This document shows, piece after piece, positions 50,742-64,000 of a DNA stretch of 64,000 nucleotides. The translations under genes and the position numbers were made by a program. Source of the DNA: Octopus sinensis (taxonomy: Eukaryota). Each line of letters begins with the position of its first letter. The first letter of the stretch is position 1. The notes beneath the pieces are model-generated. The model was not told where the DNA came from, searched no databases, and saw nothing but the letters and a program-made list of their open reading frames with translations. Location: positions 46,934,001 to 46,998,000 of the forward strand of contig NC_043013.1 of the NCBI RefSeq assembly GCF_006345805.1, in the 5' to 3' direction.

Positions 50742-50853
50742 AGTGTATTTATGTGTGCGCAAGTATGTATATGTGTGTGTGTGTAAAGAGGGAGAGAGAG
50801 AGGGAAGTGAAAGAAAGAAGGAAGGCAGAATTATAAGGAAGAAAGGCAATGAA

Positions 50854-50906
<53 letters not shown>

Positions 50907-50929
50907 ATATATATATATATATGTGTGTG

Positions 50930-50972
<43 letters not shown>

Positions 50973-51689
50973 GTATACATTTGAGTGTGTTTATGTGTGC
51001 GCGAGTATGTATATATGTGTGTGTGTGTGTAAAGAAGGAGAGAGAGAGAGTGGTGAGACGAAGGAGAGAAGGAGGCTTGCAGTGGAGCTTGGTGGTGGTG
51101 GTGGTGGTGATGGTGGTGGTGGTAGTGGTGGTGGTGGTGGTGGTAGAAGGTGTTAGTTATTGAAGGAATTCATTGCAGGAGTTTTCCGTGCTGCAGACGA
51201 CAGAGTGGAGTCGCTGGTCTTAGACCCACGCCATGCTGGTTATTAAAAGCTGTAGAAGCCAGCAAGCAATGACTCATTCTCGCTGCTGCTACAATAACGT
51301 TCTTGGCCAAAGACCAAAAATGTACGCGGATTGTCCGGAGCGGATTATAGATTTTGCTGATCAGCTGGATAAAGGAAGTTTCAGAGCGGACGGATAATGT
51401 ACTGAAGGAGTAATCTGCTTGATGCACTCTAACCTTCACTTCTTGCTTCACTGCTTCTTTTGCTTCTCTCATTGTTCAACCCCCCAACCGACCCCCCAAC
51501 CGACCCCCCCCACCCGCACCCGACCCGACCCCCCACCCCCACACACATTCCCACTTTTAATCTTCCACACTTCTCTCACATCTTTTATTCTCTTGTTTTG
51601 TAATTTATTTTTATAGATTTTTTGGGGGGGGGACTGGAAGAAGGAGCTGTGCCCAGGGTCTTCGTAGGTCCCCACGAGACCGATGAAAC

Positions 51690-54600
51690 AGTGATGTACC
51701 ACCACCACCATCAACACCCCACCCCCACCACCACAACCATTACCTTCACCACCACCACCAACGCGACCGCCACTACCACCGCTACCACCACCGACTCCTC
51801 ATTACGAACACCTACCTCCACCACTTGTACTGGCAACTGTACTACCATCCTATACACCATCACTAATACCACCACCAATACCAACGCTACTTTCCCAGCA
51901 ATACTACCATCACTGCGACCACCAACACCTCCACCACTACCTCCACCACCACCACCACCATACCTCCACCACCACCACCACTACTACAGCCGCCGCCGAT
52001 GCCGCCACCACCACCACTACCACTAAGAACCATCGTCACCTTTACCATTGACAACCACTTCCACCGTCACCATCAGGGCCACTATCAATGTCTAAGTGTA
52101 TCACCAAGACAACTTGCATTCCTCTCCCCCCCCACACACACCTTTCAAGGAAGAATCACCACCCCCTGCTACCATTAGTACCACTCCACCCCACAATCCA
52201 TACCACAGCCACCACCATCACCACCACCAACACCACCACCACCACCACCACCACCGCCTCCATTATCATCAGACATTTCCTTTGTAAAGCAGCTGACCTG
52301 AGAGTCTTTTGTGCTGACCCCTGCAGTATCAGCCTACTGTATCAACCGGGAAGAGCCTTCGTGTGCCCAAACTGCTAGAAATAGTAAAGTAATCTCCTTC
52401 AAATCTCACAGAAGCGCTGTGTAAATGTGGCGTTGTGGATTCTCTGTGCATTGATAAAAAGATGGGGTGGTCAGCACTGGAATACCTTTGACCACAGGCC
52501 TGAGCTGTAAGGGATGAACGGGTCAAAATAACAACAACAACAACAACAACAACATCAACAAGAATAGCAATACTAACAATTTACTGCCAGCAAAACCACC
52601 ATTACTCCGACTACCACAACTACCACCGCCGTCATCGCGCTCGCCACTTTTACCATCATCACCATTACAAACAACAACAGTAACACTCTACTCACCACCA
52701 CCACCACCACCAACACCAACACCAACACCACTACTACAACCAACACTACCAACACCACCACTGTCACCACTACCACCACCACCACTGCCACAACCACAAC
52801 CACCACCAACACCAACAACAACAACAACACCAACACCAACACCACTACTACAACCAACACTACCAACACCGCCACTGTCACCACTACCACTACCACCACT
52901 GCCACAACCACAACCACAACCACAACCACCACCAACACCAACACCACTACTACAACCAACACCACCACTGTCACCACTACCACCACCACCACTGCCACAA
53001 CCACAACCACCACCAACAACAATAACAACACCAACACCACTACTACAACCAACACTACCAACACCACCACTGTCACCACAACCACAACCACCAACAACAA
53101 ACACCACCATCCCAACAACAACAACAACAACAACGCACTACAATACCGCACACCTTTATGGAACCATAACTACCAACACCTCCATTAACAATTACCATTG
53201 CACTAGCTATAACACCACTGATACCCCACTACTAGCACCTAACCCTGACACCACCTCTACTAGCACCAAGACTAACACCACCACATTATAGTTATCAGAT
53301 CTCAAACAACAGCAAGAAAACCATTATCACAAAAATCACAAAGACCTCAAGCATCGCCGCCGCCATCACACCATCGCATTATAAACACCACCGCCGCCAC
53401 CACCTATACCTCTAGCAACTACACTTTACACACCACACTCAACCACCACCACCACAACTACAACCACAACCACCACCACCACTACCACTACAACTACCAT
53501 CACTGCTACCACCAACAACACCATCACTACCATCACCACCATCACCACTACACCACCACAACCACTACCACTACCACTAACTACCACCACTTCAACCACT
53601 ACAACTACCATCACTGCCACCACCAACAACACCACCACTACCATCACCAAACAATCATCGCTACTACACTAACTCACCATCGCCACACCCTCTCCACCAC
53701 TACCACCACCACAACTCTACCACCGCCGTTACCATACTAACACCACCACTACCACACAAACATTGCGACCTCACACTAAGCTGCCACCGCCACCCTACCA
53801 TCACCATCACACAACTATCACACCCCTGTCGCCGTTACTACCTCTTGCACTACTGTCACTACCACCACCGCCACCACCTCCACACAACCATTGCAACCAC
53901 TCATAGCATTAACCTCTCTTGCCATGACATCACTACTACCGCTACCATCACCACCACCATCACTACTGCCACACACCTTTGACAATTCCCCAGTATAGCG
54001 CCACCATCAGACAACCACGACAGAATTCATACCATTATCATGACAGCTCCACCACCACCACCATCACCAACTACCATCAACACTATCACCACCACCACTA
54101 CCAACCTCCACATCCAACATTACCATCGCCATCACCCCTGCTCACACACACACACCACCATCATCACCAACAACAACCATCACCACCTACACCACTACCC
54201 CACCCCCAACACCACCATCATCACCAACAATAACAACAACTATCACCACCTACACCACTACCCCACCCCCAACACACCACCATCATCACCAACAGCAACC
54301 ATCACCACCTACACCACTACACCACTACCCCACCCCCCAACACCACCATCATCACCACAGCAACCATCACCACCTACACCACTACACCACTACCCCACCC
54401 CCAACACACCATCATCACCAACAGCAACCATCACCACCTACACCACTACCCCACCCCACCCCCAACCCACCATCATCACCAACAGCAACCATCACCACCT
54501 ACACCCCTACACCACTACCCCACCCCCAACACCACCATCATCACAACAGCAACCATCAACCACCTACACCACTACCCTACCCCCAACACCACCATCATCA

Positions 54601-56330
54601 CCACAGCAACCATCACCACCTACACCACTACCACCACCACAACTACAACCACAACCACCACCACCACAACTACAACCACAACCACCACCACCACAACTAC
54701 AACCACAACCACCACCACCACTACCACTACAACTACCATCACTGCCACCACCAACAACACCACCACTACCATCACCACCATCACCACCATCACCACTACA
54801 CCACTACCCCACCCCCAACACCACCATCATCACCAACAGCAACCATCACCACCTACACCACTACACCACTACCCCCCCCCCCCAACACCACCATCACCAA
54901 CAGCAACCTCACCACCTACACCACTACCCCACCCCCAACACCACCATCATCACCAACCAGCAACCATCACCACCTACACCACTACCCCACCCCCCACACC
55001 ACATCATCACCAACAGCAATCATCACCACCTACACCACTACCCCACCCCCAACACCACCATCAACCAACAGCAACCATCACCACCTACACCACTACCCCA
55101 CCCCCAACACCACCATCATCACCAACAGCACCATCACACCTACACCACTACCCCACCCCCAACACCACCATCATCACCAACAGCAACCATCACCACCTAC
55201 TCCACTACCCCACCCCACCCCCAACACCACCATCACCAACAGCAACCTCACCACCTACACCACTACCCCACCCCCAACCCACCATCATCACCAACAGCAC
55301 CATCACCACCTACACCACTACCACCCCACCCCCAACACCACCATCATCACCAACAGCAACCTCACCACCTACACCACTACCCCACCCCCAACACCACCAT
55401 CATCACCAACAGCACCATCACCACCTACACCACTACCCCACCCCACCCCCAACACCACCATCATCACCAACAGCATCATCACCACCTACACCACTACCCC
55501 ACCCCCAACACCACCATCATCACCAACAGCAACCATCACCACCTACACCACTACCCCACCCCCAACACCACCATCATCACCAACAGCAACCATCACCACC
55601 TACACCACTACCCCACCCCCAACACCACCATCATCACCAACAGCAACCATCACCACCTACACCACTACCCCACCCCCCAACACCACCATCACCAACAGCA
55701 ACCATCACCACCTACACCACTACCCCACCCCACCCCCAACACCACCATCATCACCAACAGCAACCATCACCACCTACACCACTACCCCACCCCCAACACC
55801 ACCATCATCACCAACAGCAACCATCACCACTTACACCACTACCCCCACTCCCCAACCACCACCAGTCATCACAATTGCTTTCCGTTACCACCACAACTAC
55901 TAACACAACCACTCACAACATCATCACCGCAGCCACCACCACCACCGCCGCCACCGCCGCCGCCACCGCCGCCGCCACTATCGCCCAATCCTCACAGCCC
56001 CTAACATCATTACATCCTCCTTGCCACACAACCACCGCGACGCCTCACAACACCTCACTCTGTCACCACCGCCATCGCCATCGTCCTCGTGACATTCACA
56101 CCCGACACTGCAACGGACACCAACACCACAATCACATCAACACCAGCTGCTGCTGCTGCTGTTGCAACAACAACAACAACAACCACTACTACTACTACTA
56201 CCAATACTACTACTACTACTACTACGGAGAACCCTAATACCAAAGATCATTACCACCGCTACCACCACCACCACCGACGCCACCGCCGCCGCCAAACCCT
56301 GCGCAATTGTTCTGACCACCTGCACCAAAC
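51690..56330. repeat. Large CAC/CAA/TAC low-complexity domain including a 57-bp minisatellite (about 54140-55850)
   Basis: Unit CCCCACCCCCAACACCACCATCATCACCAACAGCAACCATCACCACCTACACCACTA; the plus strand is almost G-free. Interrupted by a SINE-like segment at about 52280-52560. Confidence 0.9.
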
Positions 56331-56539
56331 ATAAGAGAAATACTTGATAAACAGACAGCTAATGAAAGAAAACTCATGTAGTTATAATACGTGCACGCGT
56401 CTATACGTGGCACATGATAAACCTCATGGAACATACGCTCTCCACTGCGTGTTAATTGTAAACTCCGTACGAGTAATCCATTTCCTCACCGATCTTCAAC
56501 ACATACATTTTTATGCGCATCTATCTATCTATCTATCTA

Positions 56540-56614
<75 letters not shown>

Positions 56615-56807
56615 CGGAGATGTACTTGCATAGCGAGTGACTTGATCTGAGATCGTGTGCTGGAACGAAAACAATTGCAGCGTGGAAGGTGTTTATAAGC
56701 CATTTAAGAAACACACAAGACCGTTAGATTCACTTCAACATTTAATTTAATTTGGCAAAATATTTTCGTCGCTTTGAGACCGCGACCTGTTCACTGACAA
56801 AACTTCG

Positions 56808-56886
<79 letters not shown>

Positions 56887-58151
56887 CATGTATGGTCGTA
56901 TGAACGTATGTATGTATGTATAAATGAACGCATGTATGTATGTATAAATGAATGTGTGTATGTATGTATTCTTGTATTTCCCTTTGAGAGGAAATATCAG
57001 AGGTAGTTACGGAATTGTTTAGAATGAACCTTAGTGAGTGATTCAATATAGTTTCCGTAAATGAGTGCTAGAAACAGCAGCTAGATGTTCAGCTTACAAC
57101 AGAAGGACGGCCTGTCCAGAGAGGTGGTTTTGTACTCTCGGTCGCTATACTCCTTCGAAACAGGTGTAAGGACTATAGAGGCTTCAGGAAAGATTTTAGA
57201 TTAACATAGATATGGCTGAAATTGTTGGTAGACGGAATGACAATAAGCAAATACTTACATATAAATTTTCCTAATTTTGATAGAAGAGGTTAGCTGATTT
57301 AATCGACCCCAGGGCCCGAAAGGATGATGGACAAAGTCGACTTAGGCGGCATTTGAACTCAGAATGTATATCTAAAAGAAATGACACTCAACATTTTGTC
57401 TCGGTAGAGTAAAGATTCTGCCTTATCCACATTCATAAATCGTAACGGAAATAATATGCCGTATATTTAGTTAATCTACAATGCACTACACAAAATATCC
57501 TTCTAGAGTAACTTGAAATGTAAAATTGCGTGATATCGTTTTGCTTCTTATGAACTGAAATACCAGCATATTAAACAAAGTGGTTTAATCACAAGTGTTT
57601 ATCACTACTTGGCAGGAAAAAAATGGCCTATAAAACGTGATTTGTATGCTATTTGCTTTTTGCATAGTAGAAACTGGAAAAAGAAAAATTTGAACAATTT
57701 ATTTGTGCGCTCAAAATTTACATCTAATACAAGTTTAATTTACAATTATATCATATAATTTAAACCTTTCTAATACAAAGAATCATTAAGAGCCTGCGAA
57801 ATTACTATGTCCATTATTTTCAGCACTGCATAAATCTTCCTAATCGTCAATCTAAATGATATTATCATAAGAATCCTCTTTATTATCGCTGCCTGCAATT
57901 AGTGGTTGTACATATCTCTATTGTGTTTGCACAATAACCATTCCACAGATATTCGTCTTATGCACCATCGAATGTATTCCAAATTCCATATATCTTGAAT
58001 GATTTCAGCTTGACGCTTGTACACTATTCAACTGTTGCTTTAAAAGTCATGATTCAGATGACTCCATATGTAACAGATTTTCCGTACTATTGACTTCAAC
58101 AAATCAGTTGGCCACGTTTTTCTCCGAGTGTAGCCACTTCCAATGTTGATA

Positions 58152-58950
58152 CGTGGGGGCGCTGAAAAGTTCCTGGCTTTGAGGGTGTCGCAAAAGGCCT
58201 GGTTAGATGCCCAGCCTTCCCAGTTCTTTTGCAGGGCTTAGAAAAACTGAAAGACAGCCTGCATACAATAAAAAAATACATGCCTAATGGATTAAGCATT
58301 TTTTCCTTCAGACAGCTAAGTTCTAGTATACTGTGGAAATGTTTCATGAAGTCTGGAACATTTGTTTGGTATGCATCTTTTGATATCTACAATAAAAATA
58401 TCACACACACACACATCCATCTATACATCATACTTTTGCAAATACATTGCAAAAAAGGCAAATTAACTGTAATGTATATAAAATAAGTAAGTGTGTGAAT
58501 TCGAGAGCGAGATATCTCTCTCTATATAAACGGCAGTTTGTCTGTGCGTTTTCTGTGTGTCTGTTTTCTCGTACCCTCACTCTGACCACGGCTTTCAACC
58601 GATTCTGATGAAACTTGACACACACATAGCCCAATGTCATAATTCAAAACTAACGCAGCGAAAATTTTGAAAAGTTCCCCCAGTTCTGAAAAAAATCGAT
58701 AAATTCGACATGGGGTCGAGAATCAGAAACACAAACCACAGACTGTCTAGGGGACGCAAATTTACCATAATTTTTGTTCCATTTTTTTTGCTATTTTTTG
58801 GCTATAACTCTCTAAAAATGCTTTAAAGTTATTTCCCGTACAAACCCGAGCAACGCCGGGCGATACTGCTAGTGTTGAATAAAATCATTATTAACTGATC
58901 CTCCTGTATTTACTTTTAGCCAAAGTCAGGAAACTTTTAGCACCCACTCC
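58152..58950 (+). mobile_element. Mariner-derived non-autonomous element with nested insertions
   Basis: TA-flanked imperfect TIRs CGTGGGGGCGCTGAAAAGTTCCTGGCTT / AAGTCAGGAAACTTTTAGCACCCACTCC; transposase C-terminal remnant QGLEKLKD...YVE* split by the insertions. Confidence 0.7.
58515..58872 (+). mobile_element. Non-autonomous Helitron
   Basis: 5' TC after A58514, 3' hairpin CCCGAGCAACGCCGGG (58845-58860), terminal CTAG (58869-58872) followed by T; no TSD. Confidence 0.85.
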
Positions 58951-59211
58951 TATATGCCAGGCATATTTGCCTTTCAATATTATTTAAAGCTTTCTGAGTC
59001 GCAAAAAAAAAAAAAGCAGCAAATCTATATCTTGTTTATAACTTCAGCGAATGTGGCTTTTGTTAATAACTTCAGTAAATAAATTTAATTGCTGATGCGA
59101 GTTTGATATCTGCCAACTGATAATAAATCATGATGTGCACGGGGACAAGCGAGAATGAAAGCGGTGAGTGGCATATCTTTCTTTATATGTTCCAGTAGAA
59201 TCAAATGTTAC

Positions 59212-59333
59212 CTGAAACCATAAACATGAAGCACGAACTCTTGGTAGATTCATTAGTCCGGAGTGCACATATTCATCTGAAAGAACTTGTATGACGACAC
59301 GCAAATCTGAATTCATCATTTTCACGCTTGAAT
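59212..59333 (-). other. Candidate 122-nt exon (unverified)
   Basis: TTATTCTGTTTACATTCCGGCAG acceptor, CAG|GTAACA donor, one open frame (SSVKMMNSDLRVVIQVLSDEYVHSGLMNLPRVRASCLWFQ). Confidence 0.2.
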
Positions 59334-60339
59334 CTGCCGGAATGTAAACAGAATAAATACACAAGTCTTCATCGAATATGTGTGTGTGTGTACGTGCGTG
59401 TACGTGTTTCTGTATGTGTGTATACTAAATGTATACACACACAGAGACACATTTAAAGACAAGTTAAATTCAAAGCAGTCTTCTTCGCTATCTCTGATAA
59501 AATGATAGGATGGTCATAGTTAGAACACCATAAAAACTGCTTCTCTGTCGGAGACTTCATTTCCTATCACTCTTTTTTGATTATTCCTATGATGAAACAT
59601 GTTCTAGCAACGACCATCCATCATTTCATATTGAAACAAGAATATTCTATCGAATTTAAACGCTTTTTTATCTTAGATGGTGATATGTAATTTGAAATAT
59701 GTTTGACTGTTATTTTTAGCACCTCGAACGACCCTAGGTTATTTGATCTAGCAATACATCTAAGCGACGAAATGAAATGTCCAACAGTAAATGGAATGGA
59801 TTAGCTGAAAGAACGGCAACTATATATAACTCTCCAGTTTTTCCAATGCAATATCTATGGAGATGCATGGAATACGTGACAAAGCACTGTTGAAGTGTCA
59901 GCTTCGTTGGTCGCCGGAATGCGAATATTGGTTAATATCGATTAACGCAAAATGCTCGGCGAAGCAGCGGATTAAGGAACCTAAAACCACTTTATCTAAG
60001 GTGACCCTAAAATGGTAGGGTATCATTTGAGGGAGATTAATGTATTATTACTAGTAAAGCAAACTAGACTGAGGTTCCCTCCTTGCTTCGTAAGTTGACC
60101 GTTTCATTAGGATACGCTTAGTTTCGATAGTACTGGTGTACCCTTAGTAGTAGTGTGTTGAAAGATAACAGATGTAAGTGTCGTGGTTGGCTTTTAAAGT
60201 GTCTTTTAATGCAATAGCTCTCATCCAAGGTCCACATGACCCTTGGGGTTTATATGAGGGTTTATTGTTAAAATTTATGTCCACTAAATTGGTTATTCTT
60301 CTGCAATTCACAAAATATTTTACTCTCTTTACTCTCTTT

Positions 60340-60515
60340 AAATCTTTTACTTGTTTCAGTCATTTGACTGCGTCCATGCTGGAGCACCGCTTTTAGTCGA
60401 GCAAATCGACCTCGGGACTTATTCTTTGTAAGCCCAGTACTTATTCTATCGGTCTCTTTTTGCCGAACCGCTAGGTGACAGGAACAAACACAGACACACA
60501 AACGTATACACGCAC

Positions 60516-60556
<41 letters not shown>

Positions 60557-60740
60557 TATATATATATACATATATACGATGGGCTTCTTTCAGTTTCCGT
60601 CTACCAAATCCACTCACAAGGCATTGGTCGGCCCGGAGCTATAGCAGAAGACACTTGCCCAAGATGCCATGCAGTGGGACTGAACCCGGAACCATGTGGT
60701 TGGTTAGCAAGCTACTTACCCCACAGCCACTCCTGCGCCT
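60340..60740 (-). mobile_element. SINE family B, near full-length
   Basis: Same motifs as 36520-37340. Confidence 0.9.
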
Positions 60741-61075
60741 ATTTTATCAATTTTATCAAGTTTTAAAATACAATTCCTAATAACATCAAATTATAAAAAA
60801 TATAATACGATTTTTTAATCATCAAATGGTTATGAGGGTCCATCTGAGTAAAACTGGAATCAACGGTGTTTATAGGAAAAAGAATGGTTGAGAACCTCTT
60901 ATATAATAGTTTATGTTTATGAAGTGTACTTAGGAGGTAGTGTGCTTGAAGGGCAACAAAGATTAGAGTCGAAGACGGTATGTTGAAATGGAGGTAATAG
61001 TTTCTGTTGATAGGGAAGTGTTAAACGAGGTCCTAATAACGGCTAGAGCATTAGCAATGCTATGCGGAATTGGTG

Positions 61076-61916
61076 GTAAGAACGCGGTTTCGATTCCCAG
61101 ACCGGGCATTGTCAGTGTTTACTGTTTTTACACCTAAGCTCCACGAGGCTCCGGCGGGACTGGGGGTGAACCCCGCTGTTCTCTTTCACCACAACTTTCT
61201 CTCACTCTTTCTTCCTATTTCTGCCACAAAGCAGAGGAACCATGGTGTAACCCACTATGGTGTGGTAAACTTTCAGGAGTATTGTAGTGGATTTGTTTTG
61301 AAAGGGTCTTAGATGTTAGAACAATGGTGATGGTGAACTTAGATTAAATTAACTGTAGTTTTTTGCGTTAATTAGCAATAATCTATTGGAAGGTGGTGGT
61401 GAGTGAGTGAAAGAGTTGCAATGTTTCAATGAAATGGTGTGTTGGGGGAAGTGGTGCAGGGAGAGGTACTGGCACTCCGTCGGTTACGACGAGCGGTTCC
61501 TGTTGATTTGATCAGCCGAACAGTCTGCTCGTGAAATTAACGTGCAACTGGCTGAGTGCTCCACAGACACGCATACCCTTAACGTAGTTCTGAGAGAAAT
61601 TTAACCTGAATGTGACAAGGCTGACGCTTTGAATTACTGGTAACACTTGTTTTCGCCAGCCGAGTGAACCAGAGCAAGGACACAACGCACCGTCGTGAAT
61701 CAACCTCGTAAGAACGCGGTTTCGATTCCTAGACCGAGCATTATCAGTGTGTATTGAGCAAAAACACCAAAGCTCCACGAGGCTCCGGCGGGGGGCGGGG
61801 GTGAACCCCGCTGTATTCTTTCACCACAACTTTCTCTCACTTACTCTTTCTTCCTACTTCTACCACAGAGCAGAGGAACCATGGTGTAACCCACTATGGT
61901 GTGGTAAACTTTCAGA
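61076..61916. mobile_element. Two family C SINEs with tail type 3 (+; 61076-61268, 61707-61916) around a family E copy (-; about 61470-61705)
   Basis: Both C copies end in GCAGAGGAACCATGGTGTAACCCACTATGGTGTGGTAAACTTTCAG. Confidence 0.8.
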
Positions 61917-62145
61917 CCCTAGTCTAGATTGCGAATTCTCTGTACCCCAGGATGGTTCAGCTCTCCACCCGTTAAAGGCCACCGTTTACGGAATGAGGAT
62001 AACAACGTAGCTTTCGCGACCGTACAACCGCCAGTCCATCGCGTGTGGTGGGTGGATCTTCAAGTTGCCACACGCATTCTTAGTAGCTTAGAGTAGGCTC
62101 GAATTAGAGATTATTCTTTGTGGCTAATGGCGTGAGTCCTAATTG

Positions 62146-62530
62146 GAAGAAGAAGAAGAAGAAGAAGAAAAAGAAGAGGAGGAGGAGGAGAAGAAGAAGG
62201 AGAAGAAGAAGAAGAAGAAGAGGAGGAGTAAGAAGAAGAAGAAGAAGAAGAGGGGGAGGAGGACGTAGAAGAAGAAGAAGAAGAAGAGAAGAAGAGGAGG
62301 AGGACGTAGAAGAAGAAGAAGAAGAAGAAGAGGAGGAGGAGGACGTAGAAGAAGAAGAAGAAGAAGAGGAGGAGGAGGACGTAGAAGAAGAAGAGGAGGA
62401 AGAGGAGGAAGAGGAGGAAGAGGAGGAAGAGGAGGAAGAGGAGGAAGAGGAGGAAGAGGAGAAGAAGAAGGAGAAGAAGAAGAAGAAGAAGAAGAAGAAG
62501 AAGAAGAAGAAGAAGAAGAAGAAGAAGAAG
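62146..62530. repeat. (GAA/GAG)n polypurine tract
   Basis: Directly visible. Confidence 0.95.
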
Positions 62531-63594
62531 ACCTCACGAGCGTGAAGATCCTGAGCCGAACACCCTCACCATTAAGCCAAATGCCTTCAAATGGCGACTA
62601 TTGCAATGGCGTAGAATAATAGCATGTTGCAAAAACACAAGAAAGGATGATTTTTCATGTATTCGCATAGTATTAAACTATATTTGTGTAGTATGGCGAT
62701 GGTAAATGGTAGTGGTGTGTTGGAATGTATTGGTGAACTTTTCTTGTGTATTAGTTTAGTGGTGTGTTTGAGGAGACTAAAATAGTGTCGGAAATGTATA
62801 AAGCACGGTTGTATTGCAATTTTGGTGTAACAGTGGTTTATTCTTAGTCTTTTACTTGTTTCAATCATTTGACTGCAGCTATGAGAAGAATTTTATTCGA
62901 ACGAATCGATCCCAGTATTTGATCGGTCCGAGGCTATAGTACAAGACACTTGTCAAAAGTGCCTCGCAGTGGGGAGCAAACTTCCTACCACACAACCACG
63001 CATGCGCTTTGATAAATTACAAAAATGGTTTTTGTGTTTGAATCTATTGAAGCGTTGTAACGATGTAGCATTTTGGTGTATTGGAGCATACTAGGGTGTT
63101 GATTAAAGGCTTTCCAGAAATGGCTTATCCCACTTATTTGCATATTTTGGAGTAAAATATCCAGTGCTTTCTTTCTTTTTAAAGACTCTAGTACCTGAAG
63201 ATTTGACTACTATTTCTGGAAGGCCAGTGACCACATAGAAGCAGTGTCGTTGGTTCACGATTGAAGTTTCAGCTGTTACAGGTAAGGTTATTCAGAACAA
63301 TAACCATTATAATATTCTGTGGAATATTTCTCTAAGAATGGATATAGTTAAGTTTGGGGTCGCATAGGGAGCCAAAAGGATTATTTAATCAATATAATGG
63401 GAAGAAATATAATTAGATTTAATAGAATTTCTTTTAAAGAAGAATAAAGAAGAAAACTCGGATATTGAGAATGTTTCAAAATTAAATAGAGGCACGCAGT
63501 AAGGAGTGACTCTTAAACAACCCTGGGAAATTTTGCTGTACTGTTGTAGCGATGGAGTATTATGCTAAGTTGAATTATAGAAGTAGTAGTAGTA

Positions 63595-63638
<44 letters not shown>

Positions 63639-64000
63639 ACATCAGCAGTTGTGAAGGTGGCTGGGGTTGTTTGATCTCGAATCATCTCGAATGAAGTATA
63701 TATATATGATAGGTGTTTCATCCAGCGTTACGATGTCGTTTAATTTTTTTAGTCAGTGTATCTAGGAATCTATTGCCAATATGTCCTTCTTTTATATACT
63801 AAGTTGGCGGAGTGTTAACTTAAAGTTAAATTTCGCTGTTATTTCTAGCTTGTCGAGGGAGCACATAGAGGCTTTCTCATCAGCTCCAGTGCTGGTAGTT
63901 GTTAAGAAAAGCCACCACCACCACCACCACTACACCACCACCACCACCACCACTACCACCACCACCATCACCGCTGCTGCCGCCACCACCACCATCACTA

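Noticed and set aside
54040-56004. 654-aa extensin/mucin-like gene
   Set aside because: Openness is explained by a G-poor strand; the repeat unit drifts through all three frames.
62120-62545. Poly-K/R/E protein
   Set aside because: Translation of a (GAA/GAG)n tract.
63180-63285. Plus-strand coding exon ending CAG|GTAAGG
   Set aside because: All three frames contain stops between the candidate acceptor and donor.

Overview
AT-rich, repeat-saturated animal genomic DNA. The tRNA-derived SINE families and the very dense AT/AC/AAT microsatellites look like an octopus (coleoid cephalopod) genome; this is inferred from recognising the repeats, not from a search. No host protein-coding gene can be identified with confidence, and nearly all ORFs in the supplied track are microsatellite or SINE artefacts. 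What can be supported: (i) dozens of tRNA-SINEs from at least four families (working labels A, B, C, E) with swapped heads and tails; (ii) decayed non-LTR retrotransposon pieces (RTE 5' and 3' ends, a BovB-like RT, CR1/Jockey-like RT pieces); (iii) two tandem, diverged ORF1/gag-only pseudogenes with RRM-like and CCHC zinc-knuckle motifs at 28.6-30.8 kb; (iv) non-autonomous DNA elements (Merlin-like MITE with 8-bp TSD, mariner-derived MITE carrying a nested Helitron, fold-back MITEs); (v) hammerhead-ribozyme-like motifs; (vi) 16-, 43- and 57-bp minisatellites. The most interesting items are the gag-only tandem, an RTE insertion with a twin-priming-type 5' inversion and intact TSD, a repeated non-canonical hammerhead-like fold, and MITE-end-associated 166-bp duplications.
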